Source: Acholeplasmataceae bacterium
GTDB taxonomy: Bacteria; Bacillota_I; Bacilli_A; Acholeplasmatales; Acholeplasmataceae
Reading direction: 5' to 3'
Length of the DNA stretch: 64,000 bases
Assembly (NCBI GenBank): GCA_963667565.1
Contig: OY763415.1
Location: 1,686,089 to 1,750,088 of the forward strand
Made by a program: the position numbers and the translations under genes. The notes under the pieces are model-generated. The model searched no databases. It had not been told where the DNA came from and saw nothing but the letters and a program-made list of their open reading frames with translations. Positions 40,006-51,056 of this stretch are shown piece by piece. Numbering within the stretch: position 1 is the stretch's first letter; every line of letters starts with the position of its first letter.

Positions 40006-40851
40006 ATGAAAGTAGCTGTTTTACTTGATTTAGATAATATCAAAAATGAAAATTCATTAAGTAGAATTTTTGTTGAACTGCCAGCTTTTGGTGAAATAGT
40101 ATATAAGTATGGATTTTATTCAAATTTTAACGATAAGCATATAAAACGAATTTTGCATCAGTATGGAATAGTTCCAATCATGGTTCCATCTTTCAGCAAT
40201 AGTAAAAGTTGTGCTGATATTGCGTTAACAATTAAGGCGATGGATTTGTTATCAAATCCACAAATTGATTGTTTTGCAATTATATCAAATGATTCAGATT
40301 TTATTTTGCTTTCTTCAAGAATAAGAGAAGACAATAGAAAAACAATTATAGTCACAGATAAAGAAACAATAGACAGAAATAAGTATCGTTTTTTTGATAA
40401 CGCTATTGATATTTATAATTTATTAAACACATCTGCTATTGGTGAAAATAATTTAGTTTCAAAACAAGAATTGACTGTAATTGAAGGAGAAAGGGATGAA
40501 ATGACTGATAAAGTTGAAGAAATTATAGCGAATACAGAAAATATTGAATTGGATAAAGTTAAATATATAGATTATTCAAATGAAAACGATGATATTATTG
40601 ATCTACTTAACAGAATTAAAATTGCATGTCAAAATATTGCAATCGAAAATGATTTTGTACGTTTGAGTATGTTAGTTGAATATCTTAATAAAAATGGGAA
40701 TAAATTTAATCCCAAAGAATATGGTCATAGTAATCGTCGAGCTAAAGATTTTTTTGAAAAAAAACTAGGAAAATATTTCGAGATTAAAATAAGTAAATCA
40801 ACAGCATTTATCAAGTTTAAGGAGGATGAAAGTAATGGCACAAGTAAGTAA
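40006..40851 (+). CDS. NYN-domain (LabA/DUF88) ribonuclease with LOTUS/OST-HTH-like C-terminus
   Basis: VLLDLDN, KSCADIAL..AMD, ISNDSDF; C-terminal FNPKEYG. Confidence 0.85.
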   Translation: MKVAVLLDLDNIKNENSLSRIFVELPAFGEIVYKYGFYSNFNDKHIKRILHQYGIVPIMVPSFSNSKSCADIALTIKAMDLLSNPQIDCFAIISNDSDFILLSSRIREDNRKTIIVTDKETIDRNKYRFFDNAIDIYNLLNTSAIGENNLVSKQELTVIEGERDEMTDKVEEIIANTENIELDKVKYIDYSNENDDIIDLLNRIKIACQNIAIENDFVRLSMLVEYLNKNGNKFNPKEYGHSNRRAKDFFEKKLGKYFEIKISKSTAFIKFKEDESNGTSK

Positions 40852-41257
40852 AAAACTAGCTATGCGATTATGGAAAGATATATTTGGAACAAATTTATGG
40901 GCTACAGATTGTTTTGGAACTTGGATGTATCGAGATGATTATGGAGATGTAAATACTGTGAGAATTAGACCAAATGGCAATGGAAAATATTTTAATTATG
41001 GTTGGAATATAGATCATATTTTTCCACTGGATAGAAATGGGAAAGATGCAATGAACAACTATGAACCTATGCATCACATAAACAATAAAATCAAATCAAA
41101 CAATCTTAATTTTAAAATTGACGAAGTTCCATTTCAAGTCGTTAAGTGTGAAATTTGTGGATCTCATGGTCTCTATGGTAAAGGAATAATAAATCAACAT
41201 ACTGGACAAAGAGTGGACTGGAAAGGCGTGCAAAAAAGATATTACATTTCAAATTAG
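40835..41257 (+). CDS. HNH endonuclease-like protein
   Basis: GWNIDHIFP...G.D...N..PMH..NN..K; overlaps the NYN gene 3' end. Confidence 0.75.
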   Translation: MAQVSKKLAMRLWKDIFGTNLWATDCFGTWMYRDDYGDVNTVRIRPNGNGKYFNYGWNIDHIFPLDRNGKDAMNNYEPMHHINNKIKSNNLNFKIDEVPFQVVKCEICGSHGLYGKGIINQHTGQRVDWKGVQKRYYISN

Positions 41258-41530
41258 AATATTAATCATATAATAAGTGTTTTTATAAATCATTTAATTA
41301 AAAAATAAAGGATTATGCAATAATTTTGGTTGATGAATTTGTATAATCGTTTGAATATAATTTGGATATGAATCTATCCAGCAAGCATTTATGAAGTGTC
41401 AGTAATAGATAATGAAGTGAATTTTTTATAAATATATTAAAATGAGTCTATTTGATGATAGACTTTTTTAATGTCTATAATTCAATATATGAACTATTCT
41501 ATGTTATAATCACTTGGAAAAGGTGAGTAC

Positions 41531-42418
41531 ATGAATAACAAAACAAAAGGGATTATCGCAATCATGATCGCTGCTTTAGGGTTTGCTCTGATGAGTTTAT
41601 TTGTTAAATTTACCTCTAGCGATATTCCATCTACACAAAAAGTATTATTTCGTAATGCAATCAGTTTAATCATTTCACTTTCATTAGTGATTAAACATAA
41701 ATCTTCATTTTATGGATCTTTAAAACATCAACCACTCTTACTCTTAAGAAGTGCATTTGGTACCATAGGTATGTTGCTATTTTTTTACTCTATAGACAAA
41801 CTGCCATTAGGTGATGCGAATATGCTTAATAAGTTAAGCACATTCTTTTTAATCATCTTTAGTGCCTTATTTCTAAAAGAAAAAGTAAAACCATATCAAA
41901 TACTTATGATTATCATTGCTTTTCTTGGTACACTCTTCATCATAAAACCATCATTAGATGTTGATATATTTCCATATGCCATATCTATCTTAGCAGCTAT
42001 GGCAGCAGGTGCTGCCTATACTGTCTTAAGAGCATTAGGGAAGAAAGAAGCATATTATACGATTGTCTTATATTTTTCAACATTTAGTGTTGTAAGTATT
42101 TCACTTTTCATGTTGATCATTGATGCGCCATTATTCAACTTTGTTGCTATGGACATAAGTGATATCATTTATCTCATTCTTGCAGGTGTATTTGCCACTG
42201 TGGGCCAATTTGGGACAACCCTAGCTTATAAATATGCACCAGCAAAAGATATCTCAATCTTTAATTATACAAATGTTGTCTTTGCATCCATCTTAGGCAT
42301 TATTGTATTTAGTGAAACACCTGATGTATATAGTATCCTGGGTTATTTCATTATATTTGGTGCTGCATATTATATGTTTATTAAAGGACATCAAAAACAA
42401 GAGCATGCATCAAAATAA
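41531..42418 (+). CDS. EamA/DMT family transporter
   Basis: About 10 TM segments with duplicated EamA pattern. Confidence 0.85.
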   Translation: MNNKTKGIIAIMIAALGFALMSLFVKFTSSDIPSTQKVLFRNAISLIISLSLVIKHKSSFYGSLKHQPLLLLRSAFGTIGMLLFFYSIDKLPLGDANMLNKLSTFFLIIFSALFLKEKVKPYQILMIIIAFLGTLFIIKPSLDVDIFPYAISILAAMAAGAAYTVLRALGKKEAYYTIVLYFSTFSVVSISLFMLIIDAPLFNFVAMDISDIIYLILAGVFATVGQFGTTLAYKYAPAKDISIFNYTNVVFASILGIIVFSETPDVYSILGYFIIFGAAYYMFIKGHQKQEHASK

Positions 42419-42549
42419 GATGCAATCAATTATAAAAAAACACCTTAACTCATGTTAAGGTTTTTTAATATAGACATTTATGACACACCATATATAGATA
42501 GTAATGTTATAATTAAAATAACTTTTAAACATGAGATGAGGGAAATGTA

Positions 42550-43404
42550 GTGTATGTAGAAGTCGGCAATGTTTATTATTTCTTATATATAAGTATCGCG
42601 ATTGTATTAACAATCGTATTTACTTTATTTCTAAGAAAAAAAGATGAGCAATTCAAACATAAATTCATCTTATTTTTACTCTTTTCTGCATTTGCGCTTC
42701 ATTTTTTAAAACTAGCATTTTATCCATATAATCAAATGTATCCAACCATCATTAGAAAGATTACATTTGAAAATATCTGTGCGATATCAACATTAATATT
42801 TCCGTTTATATATCTTTCTAAGAATAAAGTATTAAAGGACTATATGCTTGTGATGGGGATTGCTGCTGGCATAGCAGCATATCTATATCCCACAGAAGCC
42901 ATATTAGATACATTTGATAGTGTCTATTTTGGAAGAAAGTCAGCATTTAGCTTTGATGTGATTCGTTTTTACTATGCACATTTTGTCATATTTGTTGTTC
43001 CATTTTTAATGGCAGCATTGAAAATTCATGTATTTTCATTTAAACGCATGATCTATTTTCCTTTAATGGTTTTAGCTGTCTTTACACTCATTTTTTTAAA
43101 TGAGTTATTATTAATTTTATTAGGATGGATTGATCCATCTACCATTTATGATATTGATATTAGAAATTCATCATTTGTATTTGGAATCCCAGAGCATTAC
43201 AAAAAAGTTGCCGTCATTTTTGATATCTTTGTTTTTGATTTCTTAAAATCATATCCAAAGGTAGGGGCTAACATTTATTACCCAGTCATATGGTTTATTG
43301 TCCCCGCTTTTATTTATGGTCCGATATTAGCAACCCTAACCATGGGACCCTTTGCTTTAGTTGATAAAATCAAATCTAGAAGACACATAAAAAACAATGC
43401 GTAA
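42550..43404 (+). CDS. YwaF/TMEM164-like integral membrane protein
   Basis: Multi-TM; FENICA, RFYYAH. Confidence 0.6.
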   Translation: MYVEVGNVYYFLYISIAIVLTIVFTLFLRKKDEQFKHKFILFLLFSAFALHFLKLAFYPYNQMYPTIIRKITFENICAISTLIFPFIYLSKNKVLKDYMLVMGIAAGIAAYLYPTEAILDTFDSVYFGRKSAFSFDVIRFYYAHFVIFVVPFLMAALKIHVFSFKRMIYFPLMVLAVFTLIFLNELLLILLGWIDPSTIYDIDIRNSSFVFGIPEHYKKVAVIFDIFVFDFLKSYPKVGANIYYPVIWFIVPAFIYGPILATLTMGPFALVDKIKSRRHIKNNA

Positions 43405-43622
43405 ATCATATCTCTAACGAGCAAGAAATATGTATTCATGATGGACTTTTTAAAGTTTATGATTAAAAAATAGCCAAAATGGTGTTTTAAAACACTAAAA
43501 TTGATCATAAAATACACATAATTAGCAAAAATTGTCACAATATCAAAAATAAAAGGTATACTATCACAGGTAAGTTATTTATTTGTAATTTACGCAAACT
43601 AAAGATTAAGGAGTAATCAAAC

Positions 43623-43820
43623 ATGACAGGAACTGTAAAATGGTTTAATTCTGACAAGGGATATGGTTTTATCTCAACTTCAGAAGGAAAAGATGTATTT
43701 GTACACTTTACTGCAATTCAATCAGATGGTTTTAAATCATTAGAAGAAGGCGATAAAGTAGAATTTAATGTAACTAAGAGCGATCGCGGCGAAACAGCTG
43801 TAAACGTTATTAAACTATAA
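43623..43820 (+). CDS. cspA: Cold-shock protein
   Basis: KWFN..KGYGFI and DVFVHF (RNP1/RNP2). Confidence 0.95.
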   Translation: MTGTVKWFNSDKGYGFISTSEGKDVFVHFTAIQSDGFKSLEEGDKVEFNVTKSDRGETAVNVIKL

Positions 43821-43942
43821 ATTTTAAAATATCAATCTAAAACAAAATTTTTTTAAAACGTGGAAAAAACACTTTACTTTTAAAGTGTTTTTTTTATGTT
43901 AATGTTATAATAAAAATAACGAATAGACATTTGGGGGTACAA

Positions 43943-44944
43943 ATGAAAATTAAACTAAGAAACACTTTAATAAATTTGATTATTTTTCTTGCAATGTTGT
44001 ATGTTATTCCAAAAATAGCATTGCAGTATCACATACAAGATGGGTATACATTTAAAGATAATGTAGCAATCATCAGCGATTATATCTATCAAAGTAGAAT
44101 TGAAAATCTAGATGAAAATATCACTTTTGATCAAGAAGTCATTATCGAAAGTGATTATATCCAAACAGATGATCAATCAGCAATCGCGATATTTAGCAAT
44201 GACTCAATATTTGACATCGGCATTATGTCTAATTATTATGGAAGCGATCCTATATATTTTTATACATTTGATTTTATTTATGGTGAAGTCTTTCAACACC
44301 CCAATGAAATTGTCATCTCTAAAAGTTTATCAGAAGCTTATTTTCAAACTTTTAATGGTGTAGGACAATCTATTGATATCAATGGATACACATATACAGT
44401 TTCTGGAGTTTTAGAAGATAATCAGGATACTTATCAATATATGTACTTTATGGATACTGAAAAAGAACATGTAACAAATCGAATAGATTCCTTTTATACG
44501 CTTAGAGTCTTTCAAGATAGTCATCTCTATCATAAGCTTTACCAAAGAGGTGGTGAAAATCTTATCATGAAAGTAAGAACTCAAACCATTCAAGCAAACT
44601 TTATTTTGATTAATGGATTGTTAATTAATGTATTTATGTTAATTTATTCCATGACACTAGTATTAGTCAACATGTTTAATAAGAAAGATAAAAAAAGAAA
44701 TGACAATAAGCAAACAGCATATCAAAAGTTTCAAATGTCTATGATATTAGTAACAATAATTGTCATTTCGTTCTCTATTGCCGTATTTCTCACTTTTTTA
44801 ACATATACTTCACTGACGACAAGCCTTTTGATGACAAGGGATATAAGTATCGATTATAGTTATTTATTAGCTATCTATTTAATTCCAATTGTGATATATT
44901 TAATAAGAATCAAACATCATAAAAAAGAAAAAGAAGAGGAATAA
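43943..44944 (+). CDS. Membrane protein with MacB-like extracellular domain
   Basis: EIVISKSLSEAYF...GQSIDING..YTVSGV; one N-terminal and three C-terminal TM segments. Confidence 0.6.
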   Translation: MKIKLRNTLINLIIFLAMLYVIPKIALQYHIQDGYTFKDNVAIISDYIYQSRIENLDENITFDQEVIIESDYIQTDDQSAIAIFSNDSIFDIGIMSNYYGSDPIYFYTFDFIYGEVFQHPNEIVISKSLSEAYFQTFNGVGQSIDINGYTYTVSGVLEDNQDTYQYMYFMDTEKEHVTNRIDSFYTLRVFQDSHLYHKLYQRGGENLIMKVRTQTIQANFILINGLLINVFMLIYSMTLVLVNMFNKKDKKRNDNKQTAYQKFQMSMILVTIIVISFSIAVFLTFLTYTSLTTSLLMTRDISIDYSYLLAIYLIPIVIYLIRIKHHKKEKEEE

Positions 44945-44945
44945 C

Positions 44946-45212
44946 ATGAGTCCATTTGAAATCGGGATGCTTATCAGTTTTGGATTTGCTTGGCCAACAG
45001 CCATTTATAAGAGTATTAAGAGTAAAAGTATTGAAGGAAAAAGTTTATTATTTTTATATATCATCTTAATAGGATATGTAATGGGAATGATGCATAAAAT
45101 CTTTTATAATATGGATTTTGTTATCATTTTATACATCATTAACTTTTTAATGGTATTTACGGATTTAATGTTATATTATAGAAATAAACAATTAAGTCAA
45201 AATAAAATTTAA
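44946..45212 (+). CDS. PQ-loop/SemiSWEET-like small membrane protein
   Basis: FGFAWP..IYKS..SKS..GKS; 3 TM segments. Confidence 0.65.
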   Translation: MSPFEIGMLISFGFAWPTAIYKSIKSKSIEGKSLLFLYIILIGYVMGMMHKIFYNMDFVIILYIINFLMVFTDLMLYYRNKQLSQNKI

Positions 45213-45219
45213 GCAATAT

Positions 45220-45243
45220 AAAAGACGCTATTTAGCGTCTTTT
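45220..45243. terminator. Bidirectional terminator
   Basis: aaaagacgcta/tagcgtctttt between convergent genes. Confidence 0.7.
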
Positions 45244-45946
45244 ATTTAACTTTATCCATAAAATTTTGTAATTCACTTGTTTTAGGATGATCAAGGATAG
45301 ATGGGGGTCCTTGTTCTAAAACCATACCATCATGCATAAATACAACATAATCAGCAAAAGCTTTCACAAATGCCATTTCGTGAGTGACAAAAACGAATTG
45401 TTTCCCTAAACTTTTTAATTCTTCAATCGCGTGCAACACCTCATGTGTCAAAATCGGATCTAATGCACTAGTGGGTTCATCTAAAAAGATGATGTTTGGA
45501 TTTACAGAAAGTGCTCTTGCGATACTTGCTCTTTGTGCTTGACCTCCAGAGACATGTTTAGGTAATTTATGCTTTTGATCTTCTAAATGAAGTAAATCTA
45601 AATAATAATCAGCAGCTTCAATCGCTTTTTCTTGACTAAAGCCTCTTGTTTTTTCAAGCACAAGTGTAATATTATTTCTTAAGGTTAAATGAGGAAATAA
45701 AGAATGTGATTGAAAAACAAAACCGATTTGTTTTTTATATTCTGGATTTGTGGTTTCAAGTCCATCCATTAAAATCGTTCCACTGGTTGGCATCTCTAAT
45801 CCACTCATCAATCGAATTAATGTCGATTTACCACTACCGCTTTGTCCAATTAATGCGATTGCACTATATGATCCAAGTGATAATGATACATCGTGAAGTA
45901 CTTCAACTTCATAAGTATGTGATAAATGATTAACTTTAATATCCAT
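45242..45946 (-). CDS. Polar amino acid ABC transporter ATP-binding protein
   Basis: GQSGSGKS, VSGGQAQR, LDEPTSALDP; start MDIKV coupled to the permease stop. Confidence 0.9.
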   Translation of the reverse strand: MDIKVNHLSHTYEVEVLHDVSLSLGSYSAIALIGQSGSGKSTLIRLMSGLEMPTSGTILMDGLETTNPEYKKQIGFVFQSHSLFPHLTLRNNITLVLEKTRGFSQEKAIEAADYYLDLLHLEDQKHKLPKHVSGGQAQRASIARALSVNPNIIFLDEPTSALDPILTHEVLHAIEELKSLGKQFVFVTHEMAFVKAFADYVVFMHDGMVLEQGPPSILDHPKTSELQNFMDKVK

Positions 45947-46686
45947 TATGACCACTTCCTTTCGACATAACGTGTTAATTGCGATAAAGGAATAGTAACA
46001 ATCAAGTATAGAATCCACATGAGTAAATAGCCTTGAACGAATGCGAATGTTTTTGATTGTGCCACCTTGATGGCATAATAAAGTTCAGTATAAGCAATGA
46101 TATGAAGTAATGCGCTCCCTTTAATGATCATTGAAAAGTTATTCATCATCGGTGGCATTAAAACACGGATGACTTGAGGGATAATGATATATCTATATTT
46201 TTGGAAAGAAGTGAATCCAAAAACTTCCATGGCCAAATATTGCTCTTCAGGAATACTTGCTATGGCTGATTTATAAACGTTTTTAATATAAGGTGTCATA
46301 TAAAACGTTAAACCAACAAGCCCAAGCAATGCACGATCATAGACATTAAATGCAGGACCAATCACAAAAGCAAACACAACAATCATGACAATAAGTGGTG
46401 TCCCATAAATAATTTCAGTAAACACATCGGTTAAAGCAATCACATATTTGATTTTTGATATGGATAATAAATATAAAACAAATCCAAAAATCAAACTAAA
46501 GATCAAAGTGATTGTAGAAACAACAATGGTACCTATAAACCCTTTAAAGATTAATGGGTAATATTCAGTTAATGCGTTGATATTTACATCAGTTTCTTGT
46601 AAAAGGACAATCATTGTCATAAATAACATAATGGTTAATATGGCAAGAAATATCCAAATGATCGAAACGTGTTCTTTCTTATTCAT
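45946..46686 (-). CDS. Polar amino acid ABC transporter permease
   Basis: GTPLIV, EAA-like loop, IIIPQ. Confidence 0.9.
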   Translation of the reverse strand: MNKKEHVSIIWIFLAILTIMLFMTMIVLLQETDVNINALTEYYPLIFKGFIGTIVVSTITLIFSLIFGFVLYLLSISKIKYVIALTDVFTEIIYGTPLIVMIVVFAFVIGPAFNVYDRALLGLVGLTFYMTPYIKNVYKSAIASIPEEQYLAMEVFGFTSFQKYRYIIIPQVIRVLMPPMMNNFSMIIKGSALLHIIAYTELYYAIKVAQSKTFAFVQGYLLMWILYLIVTIPLSQLTRYVERKWS

Positions 46687-47485
46687 AGATATAGAAATCT
46701 AAATTGACGCCACCTAATTTTTCTTCAATCACTTGATCCCATGAAGCCTTTAATTGAGCGTAAACGCCACCTTCATCAAAGAAAGTATCAATAAAATCAT
46801 TGGCTTGTTGTAGTAATTCAGCATTACCTTCTTGTACAGCCATACCAATTGGACTTGATTGAATAGGATCCCATAAAATCATCGTATCATCAGGATTTGC
46901 TTTAAATCCATCAGCAACCGGATTTGCACTCATAAATAAAACATCAGCAGTTCCTTGTGCAATTTCTTCAACTGCAGTTAATACATCAACAGCTTCAGTG
47001 ACATTTTTCCCTAAATCTTGTGGAATAGTTACTGATATTTGAGACGCAATCCCTACATATTGAGCATTTTCAACTGCAAGTAAGTCATCAATAGAAGAAT
47101 CAGATGTTAAGTTATTGTTATCTGCAAAATCTTTATTTAATAAACTAATGATTTTGAAGTAGAAATAAGCATCTGTAAAATCAACAGATTTTTCTCTTTC
47201 TTCAGTAATACTCATTGATGCAATAGCAATATCAATCTCGCCAGTTTGAAGTGCAGTAATTAATGTCCCAAACTCCGTATTGACTATCTCAACTTCTCTT
47301 CCGATATACTCACCAAACATGTAAGCAATATCTACACTTATGCCTTCTGGAACATTTTGAGTATCAACTGTCTCAAAAGGTGGGTATCTTAAATCCATAC
47401 CAACACGTAAAGGTCCTTCGGCTTGACACGAAGCTAACGATAAAACAGTTAGCGTTAATACAAATAATAAAAATATTTTTTTCAT
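46679..47485 (-). CDS. Amino acid ABC substrate-binding lipoprotein
   Basis: Lipobox LASC; YPPFE, SITEER...DF. Confidence 0.9.
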   Translation of the reverse strand: MKKIFLLFVLTLTVLSLASCQAEGPLRVGMDLRYPPFETVDTQNVPEGISVDIAYMFGEYIGREVEIVNTEFGTLITALQTGEIDIAIASMSITEEREKSVDFTDAYFYFKIISLLNKDFADNNNLTSDSSIDDLLAVENAQYVGIASQISVTIPQDLGKNVTEAVDVLTAVEEIAQGTADVLFMSANPVADGFKANPDDTMILWDPIQSSPIGMAVQEGNAELLQQANDFIDTFFDEGGVYAQLKASWDQVIEEKLGGVNLDFYIYE

Positions 47486-47616
47486 AGAAAACTCCTTTTA
47501 TTGTTTTTTATCATTATAAACAATGTTACGTGATTTCTCAAACCATATACATTGTTAAATAGAATGAAGATTGAAATAAAAATAGCAGATGACTCCATGA
47601 TTCATCTGCTATCTTT

Positions 47617-48096
47617 TTATTTTATTAGTTTTTCTATGTCCTTAATCATTTTATTAGGATTTACTTGTGGGCCAAAGCGTTTAACAACATTGCCTTTTCT
47701 ATCAATTAAGAATTTAGTAAAATTCCATTTGATATCTTTTCCAAGTAATCCTTTTTGTTCAGCTTTCAAATATGTATACAAAGGATCTTCATGCTCACCA
47801 TTAACGTCTATTTTTGCTAAGACAGGAAAGGTGATTCCAAAATTGACTTGGCAGAAGCTTTGAATCTCTTCATTGGTTCCTGGATCTTGATTTGCAAATT
47901 GGTTACATGGAAATGCCAGTATTTCAAATCCTTGATCTTTATAAGTTTCATATAAAGATTCTAAATCTTCATATTGTGGTGTAAATCCACATTTAGATGC
48001 TGTATTGACAATGACTAAAACTTTATCTTTATAATCATTTAAACTTACTTGATTGTTTTGACTATCTAATACATTAAATTCATATAACTTACTCAT
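47617..48096 (-). CDS. Glutathione peroxidase
   Basis: VNTASKCGFT, LAFPCNQF, KWNFTKFL. Confidence 0.95.
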   Translation of the reverse strand: MSKLYEFNVLDSQNNQVSLNDYKDKVLVIVNTASKCGFTPQYEDLESLYETYKDQGFEILAFPCNQFANQDPGTNEEIQSFCQVNFGITFPVLAKIDVNGEHEDPLYTYLKAEQKGLLGKDIKWNFTKFLIDRKGNVVKRFGPQVNPNKMIKDIEKLIK

Positions 48097-48257
48097 ATGT
48101 ATCCCTCATTTCTAATTTAAGTATATACGCTATGTCATTTTAAGTATAATTAAATGCTTTATGTAGTTAGAAAAGGTTTTATTGTTTCAAGTGATTATTG
48201 TATAATAATATTATAGACACATTTCGTTGGCACATAAAAAGAAAGAGGGGTATTTTT

Positions 48258-48812
48258 ATGTCTAAAAAATTCATAATATTTTTATTAGGGTTTTTGCTAG
48301 TTTTTTCGCTTACTTCATGTAAAACAGATGAAGAGAAGTTTTTAGATGATCACATGGGTATGATTATTTATGATTTATTTAGAGATCAATATGATATCAA
48401 TCGTTTTGATGACTCTCTTGAAATTAAATCATTAGAATATACGATGTGTCATATTATCAAAGTCACTCATGATGAGATATTAGGACAAATAAGCTCAGAT
48501 GTGACAGCTATTGAAATGTTTATCACTTACAAAACACAATATACGGAGTCAAATACACTTTATGCTCATATCGTCATAGGAACTCTTAATGATGAAGATA
48601 CATATAGCGCGATCGCTAGGTCAAATGATAAAGCAGATTATGATGAAGCCGTTAGTCTCATTATAGAAAAACATATAGAAACAGATGAAGAAACAAACAT
48701 TATTGAAAATATAACATCTGGTTTATTTTCATCTAATCAAATTAATTCATACATCAGTGACGCGATTAAACTACAAGAAAATTTAGATGATAAAGCACAA
48801 ATTGAATCATAG
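48258..48812 (+). CDS. Hypothetical lipoprotein
   Basis: SD gagggg; lipobox LTSC. Confidence 0.7.
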   Translation: MSKKFIIFLLGFLLVFSLTSCKTDEEKFLDDHMGMIIYDLFRDQYDINRFDDSLEIKSLEYTMCHIIKVTHDEILGQISSDVTAIEMFITYKTQYTESNTLYAHIVIGTLNDEDTYSAIARSNDKADYDEAVSLIIEKHIETDEETNIIENITSGLFSSNQINSYISDAIKLQENLDDKAQIES

Positions 48813-48821
48813 GAGGCATAT

Positions 48822-49223
48822 ATGAGATTAGATGGATTCGGCATATTTGTTAATGACATGAAAACAATGATTACATTTTATAAAGAAGTTTTAGAATTTG
48901 AGATTCAAGAAGCATTAGATACATCTCATGTCTATTTAATTAAAGATGATACATTGTTTTTAATGTATGGAAGAAATGATTTTGAAAACATGACAAACAG
49001 AAAATATGAATACATTAAAGGGTTCAACGGGCATTTTGAGATTGCACTTTATGTAGATACATTTGATGAAGTTGATCACATGTATAAAAAAGTCATGAAC
49101 ATGGGCGCTAAATCTGTGTTAGAACCAAAAACAGAACCTTGGGGACAAAGAACATGCTACATCGCTGATCCCGAAGGCAATCTTATAGAAATAGGATCAT
49201 TTAATAAACCATATAGACAATAA
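48822..49223 (+). CDS. VOC/glyoxalase family protein
   Basis: EPWGQRTCYIADPEGNLIEI. Confidence 0.9.
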   Translation: MRLDGFGIFVNDMKTMITFYKEVLEFEIQEALDTSHVYLIKDDTLFLMYGRNDFENMTNRKYEYIKGFNGHFEIALYVDTFDEVDHMYKKVMNMGAKSVLEPKTEPWGQRTCYIADPEGNLIEIGSFNKPYRQ

Positions 49224-49233
49224 GGAGAAGCAC

Positions 49234-50028
49234 ATGAATATCAATTTAGATGAACTCATCTATAAGAAAGATGGTTATGACCATACCAATGCTTTAGAAG
49301 TTGTAAATTTTGAAATTGAAGAAGAAGAAATCGCATTTAATAAAGCAGTTTTTGACATGCTTTTAGATCAAGAGATAAGATTTATATTCGATGATGCTAC
49401 CGTGGATAACTCCACGGCATTTATCGCATATAAATATAAAAATAAACTTATGCTTGAATATATTTTTGCTGAAGATGGATGGTTTGAAATTGATATTGAA
49501 GGTGTATCCTGGATATATCCAAAATACAGTTTTGTCAGTAAAGCTGATAAAGTGATTTTCTATAACAAATTAAATCAATATATAAAAGACGAAGAACTTA
49601 AACTAAACATAAACTTTATAACTTATAAAGATCCTAAAAAAGTGTTAGAACAAAGCGAAAGTGATCAAAAACAATTAAGCCTTAATGAAATAAAATCAGT
49701 GACTAATCTTGCAATGATGGCACGATATGGTGTAATCGTGATGGCACTGTTAGGCGGTTTAATGGGTATGACTTTTTCTGGATCAGCAGATGGATTTATA
49801 TGGGTTTTAGGTTCTATTTCATTGCTATATGGACTTTATGTCTTATGTGGTGTTATTTATAAATTTAGACATATATACTGCATGTTTCAAAATTTAGAGA
49901 ATGAAACAATGACACCTAATGAAGTGTATTGGAATAGCTTTAAAAAATCGTTACTTTATGGTTATCCATCAATTTTTATCATTTTAGGTTTAGGTCTGAT
50001 CACTTATCAAATCATCACACTCATTTAA
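49234..50028 (+). CDS. Hypothetical protein with C-terminal TM helices
   Basis: SD aaggag; 3 TM segments. Confidence 0.65.
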   Translation: MNINLDELIYKKDGYDHTNALEVVNFEIEEEEIAFNKAVFDMLLDQEIRFIFDDATVDNSTAFIAYKYKNKLMLEYIFAEDGWFEIDIEGVSWIYPKYSFVSKADKVIFYNKLNQYIKDEELKLNINFITYKDPKKVLEQSESDQKQLSLNEIKSVTNLAMMARYGVIVMALLGGLMGMTFSGSADGFIWVLGSISLLYGLYVLCGVIYKFRHIYCMFQNLENETMTPNEVYWNSFKKSLLYGYPSIFIILGLGLITYQIITLI

Positions 50029-50062
50029 GCAAATATCATAAAACATTAAAGGGGGTTTTAAC

Positions 50063-50608
50063 ATGAGTATAGAGAAAAAAGTAACACTAAAGGAACAAAT
50101 ATTTAAAGAGAAAGAAAAATACCTAACGATGTGTATTCCATCAAAAGCACATATCATTGCTGCTTATTTTCTAGATACACTTATCCTAGCTAGTGTTTTT
50201 ACAGTATTGGTGTTTAAATTTGATTCAAATGATATTTATAAGTATGGTGGTATGATTGGATTTTTGCTTATATACATCATCATAAAATTTAAATCCGCAG
50301 GTAAGTCTTTAGGTATGTTAATATTAGGTATTGGATATGCAAGAGAATACGATGGCACACCTTTAGATAACCAAGGATATGTGGATTTATTATTCGGTAA
50401 CATTGCTGCGGATTTAAAATATAACGACTTATATGAAACCTACTCATTTTATACAAGCTATAGAAATCAAACGATTGCGATGCAAAAAGCGAATATTGTC
50501 TATGTGAACACTGGCAAATATAAGAAATTGATGAAACAAGGGCATCTTCCTTTTTATAATGATCCAGCATCAGTGATTAAAGATGAAGCGTTTAGATTAA
50601 AATTATAA
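50063..50608 (+). CDS. RDD-like membrane protein
   Basis: IIAAYFLD, GKSLGM..LGI. Confidence 0.55.
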   Translation: MSIEKKVTLKEQIFKEKEKYLTMCIPSKAHIIAAYFLDTLILASVFTVLVFKFDSNDIYKYGGMIGFLLIYIIIKFKSAGKSLGMLILGIGYAREYDGTPLDNQGYVDLLFGNIAADLKYNDLYETYSFYTSYRNQTIAMQKANIVYVNTGKYKKLMKQGHLPFYNDPASVIKDEAFRLKL

Positions 50609-50630
50609 CAAGACTTAAGGAGAACTATCG

Positions 50631-50945
50631 ATGGCAATTAATTTCCGTGCTATGAATCATGTTTCAAGAGCAACTTCAGGGTTTTCAACCATGACTGCAC
50701 CTTTGATGTTTGTGATTCTTTATACCATTCTAATCTATCAAAAGGGTAGTGTGATAGGTGATTATCTTCAAGATTATATATTGCTCACATTAAGCGCAAT
50801 AGTGTCAGTAATATTAGTTATTACTTTTTTATTAAAAACAAGAAAAAGACTGTTTCGTCAATTTAAAGACACAGTTATCATGACGATGTGCGATTTACCA
50901 GCCATCTTGGGTTTAATTATAGTGATATCACATATGGCTAAATAA
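50631..50945 (+). CDS. Small membrane protein
   Basis: SD aaggag; 3 TM segments. Confidence 0.6.
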   Translation: MAINFRAMNHVSRATSGFSTMTAPLMFVILYTILIYQKGSVIGDYLQDYILLTLSAIVSVILVITFLLKTRKRLFRQFKDTVIMTMCDLPAILGLIIVISHMAK

Positions 50946-51056
50946 AAAAATATGAGAAAATATCGCTTATTGGTTGCAATTCAGAAAAAATAAGGTATGC
51001 TAAATAAGTGGGTATTTTAAATTCCCATATAAATTATGTAACAAGGAGTATTCGAC

